Of a stretch of DNA of 40,216 nucleotides, positions 20,043 to 31,205 are shown piece after piece. Below the pieces are notes generated by a model. That model was not told the origin of the DNA. It worked only from the letters and a program-made list of their open reading frames with translations, and made no database searches. Position 1 is the stretch's first letter. The number at the start of each line of letters is the position of its first letter. The position numbers and the translations under genes were made by a program. The stretch lies in IMG/VR virus record IMGVR_UViG_2579779009_000004, one strand, 5' to 3'. This DNA is from a virus. Lineage: Duplodnaviria; Heunggongvirae; Uroviricota; Caudoviricetes.

Positions 20043-22001
20043 TTACGCCGTACATTTCACCAGACCGCGGTGATCAACTGGCGCGACACCGGCGTCAATA
20101 CGCACTTTCGTTGTCACGCCATCCACACTGAAGCCCTCCATCTGATCAATATATGGCGTATCCACACCGTTGAGATAAGCCACTTCAATCGTATCGGAGC
20201 CTTTTGACGCAGCCAGGTAGAAGGTGGTCTGGCTGTTATCATCAAGACGAGGCTCTGCAATAACGGTCGCAAAATCTTTCACCGGGTTAATAATACCGGC
20301 GTTAATGTCAGCCCCCTTGACACTTGAGGAGCGAATGACCTGGTTAGCAACAGACTCCATCGCCGTCGGTACCAGTACGAACGCAGGACGAATATTCAGA
20401 TGACGCTCCCCCTCTTTCTGAACGCGCATCAACTGGCGGGCTTTATCCAGCGATGCCACGTCCATTGCAGCGCTCTCCAGTACGTTTGCATGTTTCGCTT
20501 TATCGAACAGACTTACATTATCTGTGGAGATTTTCGGGTTAGACGTCAGAATGGCATAAACCAGATCGGCAATAGTGGATTTCGCCGCACGGCCCAGTTT
20601 CATCGGGACATCGGTCAGCATATTCAGATCATCATTGATAATGGCCTGACGGGTGATACTGAACAGCTCGCCATAGGTCGCCAGTGCAATAGTGGCCTGT
20701 TTATCTCCGGTGGTGACGTATTTATATTCCGCCCCTTCACGCACCTGACGCAGAGCACTGAAGCCCCCCATACCCACACGATGGGCAATTTTAAAATCAG
20801 ACAACTGACCTTTCCGCGTCCACTGTTCATAGGTTTCAGGGGCATCTTCCCAGCCCTGCAGAATGGCTTTGTTCGCAACATCCAGCAGAATATTACCGAA
20901 GTCAGACGTACTGTGTGTGAACGCCGCACCGACCATCTGCATCGGGTTATAACCGGAAACCCCAATACCCCGTTCAGTTAGTGACATACGGGCATATTCA
21001 CGCAGGGTCATCCCGTTGTAGACATTATCACGTTCGGTTTTTTCAAATCCGGCACGCGCCATCAGCGCCTGGCGGATCCCGTCCCCCACAAAATTACCGT
21101 TACCGGCATAAATATGAGCCGGGGTATTTTTATTGGATGGCGTGGACTCGCGCCCCATCTCGTTCAACAGCTTTTCACGGGCCTGCTCCAGCGAACATTC
21201 AGGATCGGCAAGACACTGGGCCTGCAGCATCTGATAACGCCCGCCAAACATGGCAAACAGATCATTAATACCGTTTACACGCGCTTTTTGCTCTGCCAGT
21301 ACCTGCGCACGGATACTGTTTTCATCCACCACGGGTGCTGCTGCCTGCACTGGCGTCCGGGAGGCTGCAGGTTCATCATCCTGTACGCGTGGAGCACTGT
21401 TGCGTGGCGGAGTAATCATGTTTCGAATGGATTCCGGCATCTTTTTAAATTCCTCTGTACGTTTTGACTGAATACATGCCATTGCCTTAACGGCTGGTGT
21501 CACCTGATCAGCAAATCCCTGTGCCAGACATTCGGCACCGGACATCCAGGTCTCATCCGCCAGCATGGCAGCAATTTCATCGGTGGTTTTCCCGGTTTTC
21601 TGTGCATAAGCGGGTAACAGAACCGCCTCAACTTTATCGAGCAGGTCGGCATAGGTGCGCATGTCCTCCGCATCACCGCCCGTAAAGCCAAATGGTTTAT
21701 GAATCATCATGAAGGAGTTTTCCGGCATAATGACCGGGTTTCCCACCATCGCAATGACCGACGCCATTGACGCCGCCACACCGTCGACATAAACGGTAAT
21801 GGACGCACCATGTGTTTTCAGTGCATTAAAAATGGCGATGCCTTCAAAGACATCGCCACCCGGTGAATTAATATGGAGATTAATGTGGGTGATATCGCCC
21901 AGTGCATTCAGATCACTGATAAACTGCTTCGCTGTAACACCCCAGAAACCAATCTCGTCATAAATATAAATATCCGCGTCACTCTGGTGACCTGCCTGCA
22001 T
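20043..22001 (-). CDS. fused prohead protease (ClpP/S49-like), scaffold-like linker and major capsid protein
   Basis: About 652 aa starting MQAGHQSDADIYIYDEIGFWGV...; N-terminal ClpP-like serine protease region, a charged coiled linker, then a roughly 350-aa capsid-like region. Start placed at the first ATG after the portal stop; the ORF-track extension overlapping portal is rejected. Confidence 0.85.
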   Translation of the reverse strand: MQAGHQSDADIYIYDEIGFWGVTAKQFISDLNALGDITHINLHINSPGGDVFEGIAIFNALKTHGASITVYVDGVAASMASVIAMVGNPVIMPENSFMMIHKPFGFTGGDAEDMRTYADLLDKVEAVLLPAYAQKTGKTTDEIAAMLADETWMSGAECLAQGFADQVTPAVKAMACIQSKRTEEFKKMPESIRNMITPPRNSAPRVQDDEPAASRTPVQAAAPVVDENSIRAQVLAEQKARVNGINDLFAMFGGRYQMLQAQCLADPECSLEQAREKLLNEMGRESTPSNKNTPAHIYAGNGNFVGDGIRQALMARAGFEKTERDNVYNGMTLREYARMSLTERGIGVSGYNPMQMVGAAFTHSTSDFGNILLDVANKAILQGWEDAPETYEQWTRKGQLSDFKIAHRVGMGGFSALRQVREGAEYKYVTTGDKQATIALATYGELFSITRQAIINDDLNMLTDVPMKLGRAAKSTIADLVYAILTSNPKISTDNVSLFDKAKHANVLESAAMDVASLDKARQLMRVQKEGERHLNIRPAFVLVPTAMESVANQVIRSSSVKGADINAGIINPVKDFATVIAEPRLDDNSQTTFYLAASKGSDTIEVAYLNGVDTPYIDQMEGFSVDGVTTKVRIDAGVAPVDHRGLVKCTA

Positions 22002-22014
22002 CCTGAACCAGGAA

Positions 22015-23523
22015 TTATTCTTCGGACTGGTCGTCGGTGTGCTGCGGCTCCTGTCGTTTCGTTGCGGCACTGCTGCCTCCTTTATCACTGGCCGGATCGG
22101 TATCAAATACCAGATCCAGCTTGCGGTTTTCATCAATTTCGGCCTTGCGCCGACGTTTGACATCATCCGGATTACGACCACCTGCACGTACCCAGTCTGA
22201 TTCTGTCGCCGCTCCACCACGAATCTGAATTTTCCAGGCCTCAGCCTCCTTAACAGGGTCAATCCACGGCATCACCGGTCCGGAATACACCGCGGTATAC
22301 AGTGAAGATCGGTCCAGATCGCGGGGTAGCCTGATAACACCGGATGCCACAGCCTGTTTCAGCCAGGCACGGTACATCGGGCGGGTGACGGCACCAATAA
22401 ACCAGTCCTGCAGGATCAGGTAGCCATCAGTAGATTCAACCAGCTCCTGACGCTGGGCGCTGTAAGTGCCGTTATAGTTGCGCGCTGTACTGGAAAAACT
22501 CAGACGACTGCCCGCAGCCACGGCACGCAACTGACCATTACGAAAAGTTTCAAGGTTAGGATTGGGGCGATCCGACTTCACCATTCCGATTTCTTCGCCG
22601 GGTTTCAGATCGTCGTAAATAATGCCTGGCTGAATGGTAAGCTCGCGTTCATTCTCCTTGCTGTCATTACCATCCGTTTCATAGCTCTGTCCGTCGCCTT
22701 TCCGGATGTACATCCCCAGAGCAGCGGCGATCCTTGCTGCAGTCAGCTCAGAATCTTCATACTCTTTCAGAGCACTGAGGCGGATCAGCACACCGGACAA
22801 CAAAGACGTCCCGCGCATCTGGTGCAGACGGCGAACAAATTTAAGATGCAGCATTCGCTCTGCATCCACTTCTTTGGTTTCCATCTGCCGCCCGGATACG
22901 GGACGGCTTTTATACACCAGATATTTTTCGGGACGCCCCCAGTCATCAACAAACACGCCCTGATTCAGCCTGTTGCTCTCATCACTGGTCATGGGAATAA
23001 AGTCCGGCTCGAGCGCCTCCAGCCAGAAATGAACACCGGCAGAAGGCGTCAAGCTGTTTATGCGCCCGGAAACCATCTGGGCAAACACCTCACCATCGCG
23101 CAGCCAGGTACGCAGCATCAGACGTTCCAGCATCGGACGGGTAAACTGCCCGGTGACTTCCGGACTGACAGACCATTCACTCCATCGGGTGCGTATCTCC
23201 GCTGCCAGATCACGGGCAATGGCCCCATTGCGTAATACCGGATGTGGCTCGACAATAATCCCGTTTTTCCCCACCACCCGTTCTTCCAGCTTGTCAAATA
23301 CACCAATGACCAGATCGTGGTTGTTATCAAGGTAACGGGCCTGCTCACGTAACGACACGGCCCCGTACTGGCTTAACTGGTCGGCAGTTCGGTTCTCCCG
23401 TCGGGCTTTGTGTGTCCGCGTCGTTTTTACGGCCTCATAAGCCTGAATCACCGCACGGGAACGCAGCCTTGCCGCTTTCCATCCTGGTGAAAAAACGCCA
23501 ATCACATCATCAAGAATTGCCAT
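22015..23523 (-). CDS. portal protein
   Basis: About 502 aa from MAILDDVIGVFSPGW...; lies between W and the protease/capsid gene; its start overlaps the W stop (TGATG at 23521-23525). Confidence 0.9.
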   Translation of the reverse strand: MAILDDVIGVFSPGWKAARLRSRAVIQAYEAVKTTRTHKARRENRTADQLSQYGAVSLREQARYLDNNHDLVIGVFDKLEERVVGKNGIIVEPHPVLRNGAIARDLAAEIRTRWSEWSVSPEVTGQFTRPMLERLMLRTWLRDGEVFAQMVSGRINSLTPSAGVHFWLEALEPDFIPMTSDESNRLNQGVFVDDWGRPEKYLVYKSRPVSGRQMETKEVDAERMLHLKFVRRLHQMRGTSLLSGVLIRLSALKEYEDSELTAARIAAALGMYIRKGDGQSYETDGNDSKENERELTIQPGIIYDDLKPGEEIGMVKSDRPNPNLETFRNGQLRAVAAGSRLSFSSTARNYNGTYSAQRQELVESTDGYLILQDWFIGAVTRPMYRAWLKQAVASGVIRLPRDLDRSSLYTAVYSGPVMPWIDPVKEAEAWKIQIRGGAATESDWVRAGGRNPDDVKRRRKAEIDENRKLDLVFDTDPASDKGGSSAATKRQEPQHTDDQSEE

Positions 23524-23735
23524 CAGAACCTCGCCAGCCGGTACCCGGGATGCCCCCGTCGTCGTGTAATCAGAGCCGCAAGGCGGCGCTCCCACTCCTG
23601 CCGTCCCTGCCGGATCTCAGATAAGTTTTCCATGGTCATCTGCTGACCATTAAAAGTGACGGATTTTCCGTCCAGCACCGCCATTTCAGCTTCCGTATAA
23701 CGCTGAATCATGGCTTCAATATCATTCTGATTCAT
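23523..23735 (-). CDS. W: head-tail joining protein W
   Basis: About 70 aa; C-terminus ...RRRGHPGYRLARF resembles lambda gpW (...RRRGPAGFYV); its start overlaps the terminase stop (ATGA); GGAGG precedes it. Confidence 0.8.
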   Translation of the reverse strand: MNQNDIEAMIQRYTEAEMAVLDGKSVTFNGQQMTMENLSEIRQGRQEWERRLAALITRRRGHPGYRLARF

Positions 23736-25831
23736 AACCATCCTCCGGAAGTCAGCCAGGGGTTAACATCGTCAGTTACTGTTTTCTTCCGTTTTTGTTT
23801 TTTAACAGGCGTGGATACCGGCTCCGGTGAGGGTGACGGTTCGGTACTGTCCGGGACACACTCCAGCCAGGTTTCCCGGCTCGCCCACTCCGGTGCATCC
23901 GGCCAGCGGATCTTTTCGTATCCATGCAGAATGACCAGCGCCTCGGCATACACCATCAGGTCAAAAGCTTCGTTGGCACCGCGACCCGGCTTACTCCATT
24001 TCCCGTCACTGCTCCGCTCTTCATACGTCAGTTCGTCGTAAAACCAGCTCCCCAGCCAGTCAGGGAAATGCACATAGCCTGGACCTGGCGAGTCACGCCA
24101 TAACGCGTTATTCACCCGGTCTTTCAGGGCATCCGTCTGAAGAAGCCAGAGCGGCACATCACCTGCGGCCTGCGCCCGGCGGCCCGTTCGTCCGGTGTTA
24201 TCAGGGAATGTACGGCTGATCAGTTTTGCGCGCCGGATGCTGTCGCCCTTAAACAGGTAAATACGTTTACCAAGGCCATCACGACGGCAACGACGCCAGA
24301 ATTTATAGGCATTATCAGTGACCCCGTCTTCACCGCCGGAATCCACCGCCATTGCCATCAGTCGCATTTGTTGAGAAGGATCGGAGGCCAGCGGCCAGCT
24401 TTTATGAAAAACATCCGTCAGCAGGACATCCCAGTCTTCCGGATAGCTGGCCGGATCAATTCGCTGGCTCTCCCCGTCGCAGTCACTGCGCAATGACTGC
24501 GTGATGTTGTAACGATCAATAATCCAGCGTTCGCCACGGCTGCCATAGCCCGTTACCTGAACCACAAAACGGCGATGACGTCCCGCCTGCACATCCACTG
24601 TCGCCACAAGGAAATTAACGCCATCCGGAACACTGCGGGAAGGAACTGGCTCTGCCCGCTGCTCAAGCAGTTCACTTTTTCGTTGCTCCATGCTGGCACG
24701 AGGAAGATAAGGCAATCCCCAGTCGGTGTTGATAACCGCCCTGAGTGTTTCTTCGCTTCCTGTCGCTTCATACTCCTGTTCTGCAGTCAGTAATTTGTAA
24801 ACCAGTTGCGCCCAGGTCTGATACGCAGCAGCTGGCCCTTCCATCCAGAAACTGGCGATACGGGAGCGGCGCGGTTCACCGGAAACGTTGCCGTTACGAT
24901 CAATGACCTGACCTTCACGTAACCAGACTCCTGCACTATTGAGCTCACGCTTTTTCTCCGCAGTGATAATGCCGCTGCAGTGCGGGCAAAGTAGATACGC
25001 CGCCTCACTGGCTTTAAAGGGATCCGGTTCATTACGGTAGCCGGTCATGGCATCCATAGCTGGCTGAAAATATTCACCGCAGTGCGGACATGGCCAGTAC
25101 CAGCGGCGGCGGTCACCACGATTGTAAAGGGAAAGAATACCAGTCGTCGGTGGCGCTTCATGAGGCGACTTACGTCGCCATTTGCTGTCGCAGATGTCAC
25201 GTCCCGGCGAGCTCTCCACCAGAGTCATCCCGGCGGACATAAATGTGGTGGTACGTTTTGAGGCCAGGGAGAAACCATCACCCTCGCTGTCGATATTCTC
25301 CGGAAAACGGTCGTAATCGGTTAAGGCGACAAACCGGTAATCCGACGACGACATAATGTTGACCGAGGGCCAACCAATTTTAAGGAACGAGCCATCCCTG
25401 AACGTCTTATCATGGACATTATTGTCGTTACGACGTGGACTCATTCTTTTCTTTACCGCCGCACTGCTTCTGAACGTTCTGTCGAGGCGCTTTTTAGAAT
25501 GCTCGCGGGCCTTATCTTCGGTCATCTGCACAACGAGCATGTCCGAAGGATCGCAAACGATGGTATAGACAATCCATCCATCGATCAGACCAATGGTCTT
25601 CCCTGTTCGCGCAGGACCAACAAAAATCACCGCATCGTATTCACGCGATGCCAGGCAGTTCATGGGCTCAATGATGTAGGGTGTCAGTTCAGGATCCCAT
25701 GGCACCGAGTTACCAGCCCCCTTGGGAACACGCATGAATTTTTTAACAGCCTCCGAAATCGGCATGCGACGTGGTGGGGAAAATCCTGCCGATATGTCCC
25801 TTCCCAAATTTCGGGCTGATGAAAAACCCAT
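23732..25831 (-). CDS. terminase large subunit (GpA family)
   Basis: 699 aa; Walker A VGPARTGKT and a C-terminal nuclease-like region with Cys/His-rich motifs (CPHCGEYF...CPHCSG); AGGAGG Shine-Dalgarno; follows terS. Confidence 0.95.
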   Translation of the reverse strand: MGFSSARNLGRDISAGFSPPRRMPISEAVKKFMRVPKGAGNSVPWDPELTPYIIEPMNCLASREYDAVIFVGPARTGKTIGLIDGWIVYTIVCDPSDMLVVQMTEDKAREHSKKRLDRTFRSSAAVKKRMSPRRNDNNVHDKTFRDGSFLKIGWPSVNIMSSSDYRFVALTDYDRFPENIDSEGDGFSLASKRTTTFMSAGMTLVESSPGRDICDSKWRRKSPHEAPPTTGILSLYNRGDRRRWYWPCPHCGEYFQPAMDAMTGYRNEPDPFKASEAAYLLCPHCSGIITAEKKRELNSAGVWLREGQVIDRNGNVSGEPRRSRIASFWMEGPAAAYQTWAQLVYKLLTAEQEYEATGSEETLRAVINTDWGLPYLPRASMEQRKSELLEQRAEPVPSRSVPDGVNFLVATVDVQAGRHRRFVVQVTGYGSRGERWIIDRYNITQSLRSDCDGESQRIDPASYPEDWDVLLTDVFHKSWPLASDPSQQMRLMAMAVDSGGEDGVTDNAYKFWRRCRRDGLGKRIYLFKGDSIRRAKLISRTFPDNTGRTGRRAQAAGDVPLWLLQTDALKDRVNNALWRDSPGPGYVHFPDWLGSWFYDELTYEERSSDGKWSKPGRGANEAFDLMVYAEALVILHGYEKIRWPDAPEWASRETWLECVPDSTEPSPSPEPVSTPVKKQKRKKTVTDDVNPWLTSGGWL

Positions 25832-25839
25832 TATTCCTC

Positions 25840-26367
25840 CTAGAGACTCTCTCCTTCCTCATCAGGAATTAATTCAGCAGCACAAGCCTCGTAGGATTTT
25901 TCCTGAAGAGTGTATCGCAGGTCATCAATGGCCTGCTGTACAACGCCGACGGCCTGAGGAGTCAGGGCGCAATCGCGTTCAAGAACATCCGGAATTGTCT
26001 CCAGAACCTGGACGACAGCCTTTCTCATGGACGAATAGACGATGACTACTTCATCAACTGGGATGAGTTTTCGCTGCTCCTTTTCCAGCTTGATCCTTTC
26101 ATTTTCAGACTGGTACCAGTCTTTTCTCTCTTTCGGCTCCATACGGGATGGATCATGAACAGAGTCTGCTGCCTCATGCTTCACACTAAACAGGGCGGGC
26201 CCGACATGCTGCAGGGCGTAAACGGGGTTCCCCCTGACAGTCGCAGCCACAGGAGTGTTGGCCGCGAGGAGCCGTTTTTTTACTGTGTCCCGGTGAAGCC
26301 CAAAGGCCTCGGCGATTTTAAAAACACTCCAGTAATAAGCATCACCGATCCCGCTCACATTTGACAT
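25840..26367 (-). CDS. terminase small subunit (Nu1-like, HTH)
   Basis: About 175 aa from MSNVSGIGDAYYWSVFKIAEAFGLHRDTVKKRL (HTH-like) with GGAG 6 nt upstream; immediately upstream of terL and about 180 bp from the cosN-like sequence. Confidence 0.8.
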   Translation of the reverse strand: MSNVSGIGDAYYWSVFKIAEAFGLHRDTVKKRLLAANTPVAATVRGNPVYALQHVGPALFSVKHEAADSVHDPSRMEPKERKDWYQSENERIKLEKEQRKLIPVDEVVIVYSSMRKAVVQVLETIPDVLERDCALTPQAVGVVQQAIDDLRYTLQEKSYEACAAELIPDEEGESL

Positions 26368-26545
26368 AAGCAACTCCATCTGGCAGGTGAAAATCAGGTT
26401 TATTTATATATTTCAATTAATTGCAAACTGGTCTAATGACAGGGAGAAAAAATATTGTACAGGTGAAAAGAGAAATAACTTTTAATTATCAATAAATTAC
26501 CAAACATGCTGCCGCCGCCATGGAAATGCAAAAACTAGTCTTTTT

Positions 26546-26568
26546 CCGCGACGCTCCCGCCCCGTGGC
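26546..26568 (-). other. candidate cosN cohesive-end site
   Basis: Minus strand reads 5'-ACGGGGCGGGAGCGTCGCGG-3'; lambda cosN as I recall it is ACGGGGCGGCGACCTCGCGG (flanks identical, central six bases differ). It is about 180 bp upstream of terS, as cosN is of Nu1 in lambda. Confidence 0.5.
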
Positions 26569-26591
26569 AGGGGCCCCCACCGGGAGGACCC

Positions 26592-26614
26592 GACAGCCTG
26601 ACAGCCTGACAGCC
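26592..26614. repeat. tandem octamer repeat (GACAGCCT, about 2.9 copies) next to the cos candidate
   Basis: gacagcct gacagcct gacagcc read directly from the sequence. Confidence 0.7.
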
Positions 26615-26750
26615 GTGATGAGCATCTGATACAGCGCTTTACATAATGGCATAGGAATAATTCAGAAGGACATCACAGCATGCCCACACAAATTAGTGTG
26701 AGTGTCCTGTTTCTTCCTACGCACAGGACTGACGAGCATGAGGGGAAAAT

Positions 26751-26918
26751 ATGCGAACCATAAATGCCTCATCTTCAGCAATGCAACAGGCATCCGAACA
26801 GGACGATATTGTAAATTCACCTAATTACGAGGACATTGCAGTAGTTGAATTGCAGCTCTGTATTAGCCTGACAGTGACAGAATGCGATATTGACTCTGTC
26901 ACAGGTGAAATAGTTTGA
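26751..26918 (+). CDS. candidate small acidic protein (55 aa)
   Basis: ATG at 26751 with GAGGGG 5 nt upstream, TGA at 26916; MRTINASSSAMQQASEQDDIVNSPNYEDIAVVELQLC...; no homology known to me. Confidence 0.25.
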   Translation: MRTINASSSAMQQASEQDDIVNSPNYEDIAVVELQLCISLTVTECDIDSVTGEIV

Positions 26919-26938
26919 ATGATTAGCAGTTATGGTGC

Positions 26939-27145
26939 TCAGTCAACCACCAGGGAATAATCCTTCGAATTCTTATCGTGCTTCACCAACGCTGCCTCAA
27001 TTGCCCTGAATGCTTCCAGAGACACCTGATGTTCTATACATGCAATTACAACATCCGGGTAACTCATAGAAATGGTGCTATTAAGCATATTTTTTACACG
27101 AATCAGATCCAACGAGAGTTCATCAGCAGATTGTTCTTTATTCAT
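26939..27145 (-). CDS. hypothetical small protein (68 aa)
   Basis: ORF with GGAG 7 nt upstream of the ATG; sits between terS and ydfO, roughly where I recall ynfO in K-12 Qin (uncertain). Confidence 0.5.
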   Translation of the reverse strand: MNKEQSADELSLDLIRVKNMLNSTISMSYPDVVIACIEHQVSLEAFRAIEAALVKHDKNSKDYSLVVD

Positions 27146-27445
27146 TTTGTCGCTCCATGCGTTTGCTCGTCATCTAGCGGTTAAAATATTACTTCAAATC
27201 TTACTGCATAAAAGAGGAAAAGTATGAAAGTTTGAGTACATCGACCTTACATACATCTGTCGGTTGCATATCCCTCCTGGATGCCAGCAAGGCTCAATTT
27301 TGTTACGCAATCAACACTATTCATCAAAAACAGGCTTAATATTTGACATAAATCATCAACAAAACACAAAGAGGTCAGACCAGATTGAAACAATAAACAC
27401 GATAATGCTAACTACGCGCCATCGTATCACATGGAAGGTTTACCA

Positions 27446-27856
27446 ATGGCTCAGGCTGCCATTTTTAAAGAAATATTCGATCAAGTGCGTAAAGATTTAA
27501 ACTGTGAATTATTTTATTCTGAGCTAAAACGTCACAATGTCTCACTTTATATTTACTATTTAGCCACAGATAATATTCACATTGTGTTAGAAAACGACAA
27601 CATAGTGTTAGTAAAAGGACTCAAAAAGGTTGTAAATGTTAAATTCTCCAGAAACAAACATCTTATAGAGACCTCCTATAATAAGTTGAAATCAAAAGAA
27701 ATCACATTTCAACAATACAGGGAAAATCTTGCTAAAGCAGGAGTTTTCCGATGGGTTACAAATATCCAGGAACACCAAAGATATTACTATGCCTTTGATA
27801 ACTCATTACTATTTACTGAAAGCATCCAGAAAACTACACAGATCTTACCACGCTAA
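27446..27856 (+). CDS. ydfO: DUF1398-family protein YdfO-like
   Basis: [45 protein letters not shown]... matches my recollection of K-12 YdfO; GGAAGG Shine-Dalgarno. Confidence 0.75.
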   Translation: MAQAAIFKEIFDQVRKDLNCELFYSELKRHNVSLYIYYLATDNIHIVLENDNIVLVKGLKKVVNVKFSRNKHLIETSYNKLKSKEITFQQYRENLAKAGVFRWVTNIQEHQRYYYAFDNSLLFTESIQKTTQILPR

Positions 27857-28007
27857 ACCATAACGTCCGGCTTCTCTCACTCCTGAGCCGGACTGCATTG
27901 GTTTAATAAAAACCATCAACAATTGTGATTTAGATATTCGGAACCATTCAAATATAACAAAACCCCGTAAAAACGAGGTTTATGGATAAATTTTATTATT
28001 GAATACA

Positions 28008-28181
28008 TCAGATTAAATTAATCTTGACATCATAGCTTTCAAGACCCGTCATTTTTTCCCGTGCGGTAAACTGAATACTGGTAACTTCTTTCCCGGTCTT
28101 TTTCTTAAGTTCAATAATTTTTTTTGTTATATATTCAGAAATATCTGCTTCTGCTTTTGTTTTTAAGTTTTCAATATTCAT
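28008..28181 (-). CDS. gnsB: GnsB-like small protein (57 aa)
   Basis: MNIENLKTKAEADISEYITKKIIELKKKTGKEVTSIQFTAREKMTGLESYDVKINLI translated by hand; AAGAGG Shine-Dalgarno; below the ORF-track cutoff. Confidence 0.75.
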   Translation of the reverse strand: MNIENLKTKAEADISEYITKKIIELKKKTGKEVTSIQFTAREKMTGLESYDVKINLI

Positions 28182-28352
28182 CATTTCCTCTTTTAGTCTG
28201 TTATGACTTTCCAGTTACACAGTAAGTCGATTATATGGTGCAAACGTGTAAAAGATAAGATGAAACATCGCAATAATCAACATACGATAGTCTAAATTTT
28301 ACACAAACAGACAAAGAGAATTTTCCTGAATTATCAATACAATAGCATCAAA

Positions 28353-28583
28353 TCAACTCAAGAGCCTTATTGCTGCTTCCAGAATTTCTTCTGAAGTAAC
28401 ATGTCGATCCGCGGCTACATAAATGACTTTATGATCTCCGGTCAGAGATGGAAACCCTGCGGCCATTACAGTAAGGTGTGTTTTTTCGCCATTTGGATAT
28501 TCACGCATGATGGTGTTAACTCCAGTCATCGCTGGCACTACCACTGCTGGTTCAGAGTTAAAAAAAACTATGATTTTTTTCAT
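28353..28583 (-). CDS. hypothetical small protein (76 aa), in the ynfN position of Qin
   Basis: MKKIIVFFNSEPAVVVPAMTGVNTIMREYPNGEKTHLTVMAAGF...; the ORF-track start at 28625 is TTG and lies inside the upstream terminator, so the internal ATG at 28583 is used; its Shine-Dalgarno is weak. Confidence 0.45.
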   Translation of the reverse strand: MKKIIVFFNSEPAVVVPAMTGVNTIMREYPNGEKTHLTVMAAGFPSLTGDHKVIYVAADRHVTSEEILEAAIRLLS

Positions 28584-28627
28584 GATGTTACCGTAGTATG
28601 TGAGTATCCATCGAATAGATACCAAGC

Positions 28628-28647
28628 AAAAAAGCTCCCGAAGGAGC
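28628..28647 (-). terminator. rho-independent terminator about 200 bp downstream of cspI
   Basis: Stem gctcc/ggagc (28634-28638 and 28643-28647) with a 4-nt loop, followed on the minus strand by U6 (plus A-run 28628-28633). Confidence 0.5.
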
Positions 28648-28854
28648 CTTCATTTTCACTTTTTTAAATCCAACGACAGACGGCTGGCATTTAAGTATTG
28701 TGAAATATTATCAAATGTAATCATCATTGATTTACAAAAGATACATTTTGCCCCGAAAGGATTCATGTCAGAAACATCAAAAGATGATGTTCTATACTGG
28801 GAACCATGACAACACGGGCATCTAAAGTGAATATGGTTTGTAATATTGTCTACC

Positions 28855-29067
28855 TCAAAGCGCCACTACATGAACAGCGGCAGGACCTTTAGGTCCGTTC
28901 TCAATACCAAATTCAACTTCCTGATTCTCAGTTAATGTTTTGAAATCGTTGCTCTGAATTGCTGAGAAATGGACAAACACATCTTTGCTGCCATCTTTCG
29001 GCGTGATGAAACCAAAACCTTTTTCAGGGTTAAACCATTTCACTAAACCAGTCATTTTGTTAGACAT
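28855..29067 (-). CDS. cspI: cold-shock protein (CspA family)
   Basis: [70 protein letters not shown], a full cold-shock domain with RNP1/RNP2 motifs; position matches cspI of Qin. Confidence 0.9.
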   Translation of the reverse strand: MSNKMTGLVKWFNPEKGFGFITPKDGSKDVFVHFSAIQSNDFKTLTENQEVEFGIENGPKGPAAVHVVAL

Positions 29068-29429
29068 AATTATTACCTTTTGAAGAAATTAGCCCTTGGG
29101 CAGAATGGTCCGAAAAAAAATATCAGAGAGAAAAACCAACAAGGAAATCTCAAGAGGTACAAATAATAAAATTATAACAATGACTGCTTCAGATAAATTT
29201 GTAACAAACCAGAACACCATTAACGCATGATTAACCACCCATAGCAAGGATTACTTTTGTAAAGAAAAACACAGCAATGAAAGAATAGCTTTATTTATTA
29301 ATAAAACGTGTCATTCTGATTAAGACCTTTTATCTTACCCTTAAGATTTCAGGAATTTTGGCTCATGGAAGAGTCCTTTTTATTTAAATTTTACATTCCG
29401 CGATGTAAATGTTCCGATTTAATATTACC

Positions 29430-30453
<1,024 letters not shown>

Positions 30454-30457
<4 letters not shown>

Positions 30458-30765
30458 ATATATTTATGATGAGGACGCTCGTGCTTATTGGCAGGATTTT
30501 CAATCTTAAAGGAGTACTGATGCTGCAGATAAGACTCAACTTTTTCTGACAATTTTTCTGCTACTTCCAGGAAGACTTGCCGGACGCTCCTTCTGGCTGC
30601 TGCCTCATAAAACTCCAGCGCAGCTCCTTCAACACGGTCCATGGCGACATCCAGGTCAAAAATTTCACCGTCAAAGCGTTCCTTGTCCTGTAAGGCTACA
30701 GTTACCGTAACTTTATTCTCAAAATTACGGACTCCTTTCACAACCAGTTCATAGTCTTGAGTCAT
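30454..30765 (-). CDS. DUF1327-like protein between holin and endolysin (YdfR-like)
   Basis: 103-aa ORF; the same size and position as K-12 ydfR (essQ-ydfR-rrrQ) as I recall; function unknown. Confidence 0.55.
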
Positions 30766-30769
30766 TGGA

Positions 30770-30985
30770 TTACTCTCCTCTCGCAGCCTTACGCCTGTCT
30801 TCTTTAATCTTGAAATAAAGATTTGTCAGATACGTCAGCAGGCCAAAAACCAGGCTACCCAGCACACCGATTGCAGCCCACTGTGACGGAGTTACTTTAT
30901 CGAGTAACTGTAATGCCCAGAAACCAGCATTACCCGCCGATGTGCCATAGGCAACACCTGTTGTTAACTTATCCATTGATTTCAT
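30770..30985 (-). CDS. S: class II holin, phage 21 S-like (pinholin-type) with dual start
   Basis: [71 protein letters not shown]; two transmembrane segments and a charged C-terminus; GGTGAGG 6 nt upstream; Met1 and Met4 both in frame. The ORF-track N-terminal extension is rejected. Confidence 0.85.
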   Translation of the reverse strand: MKSMDKLTTGVAYGTSAGNAGFWALQLLDKVTPSQWAAIGVLGSLVFGLLTYLTNLYFKIKEDRRKAARGE

Positions 30986-31205
30986 ATCCTCACCCCGATG
31001 TACACGGATGGTGCAATATGTTTGAAAAAGATCGGAGTCTACGGGGTAGTTTTGACAGCACACGTTGTTCTCAACGGCGCTAAAGAAACATACACATTAA
31101 AAATGTGAGTAATTATTTTGAAAGAAAGTCATATATAAAATAATAATACGAGAAATGTTTTCATATTTAGTGTACTGTATACGGCCATTTATACAGGAAA
31201 AGCCT

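Noticed and set aside
20400-21685. Several 60-190-aa plus-strand ORFs inside the protease-capsid and portal genes
   Set aside because: They are antisense to well-supported structural genes and have no homology or start signals.
26592-26614. Tandem GACAGCCT repeats considered as a CRISPR-like or VNTR array
   Set aside because: There are only about 3 copies of an 8-mer with no spacers; far too short for CRISPR, and more likely a packaging-region motif or incidental.
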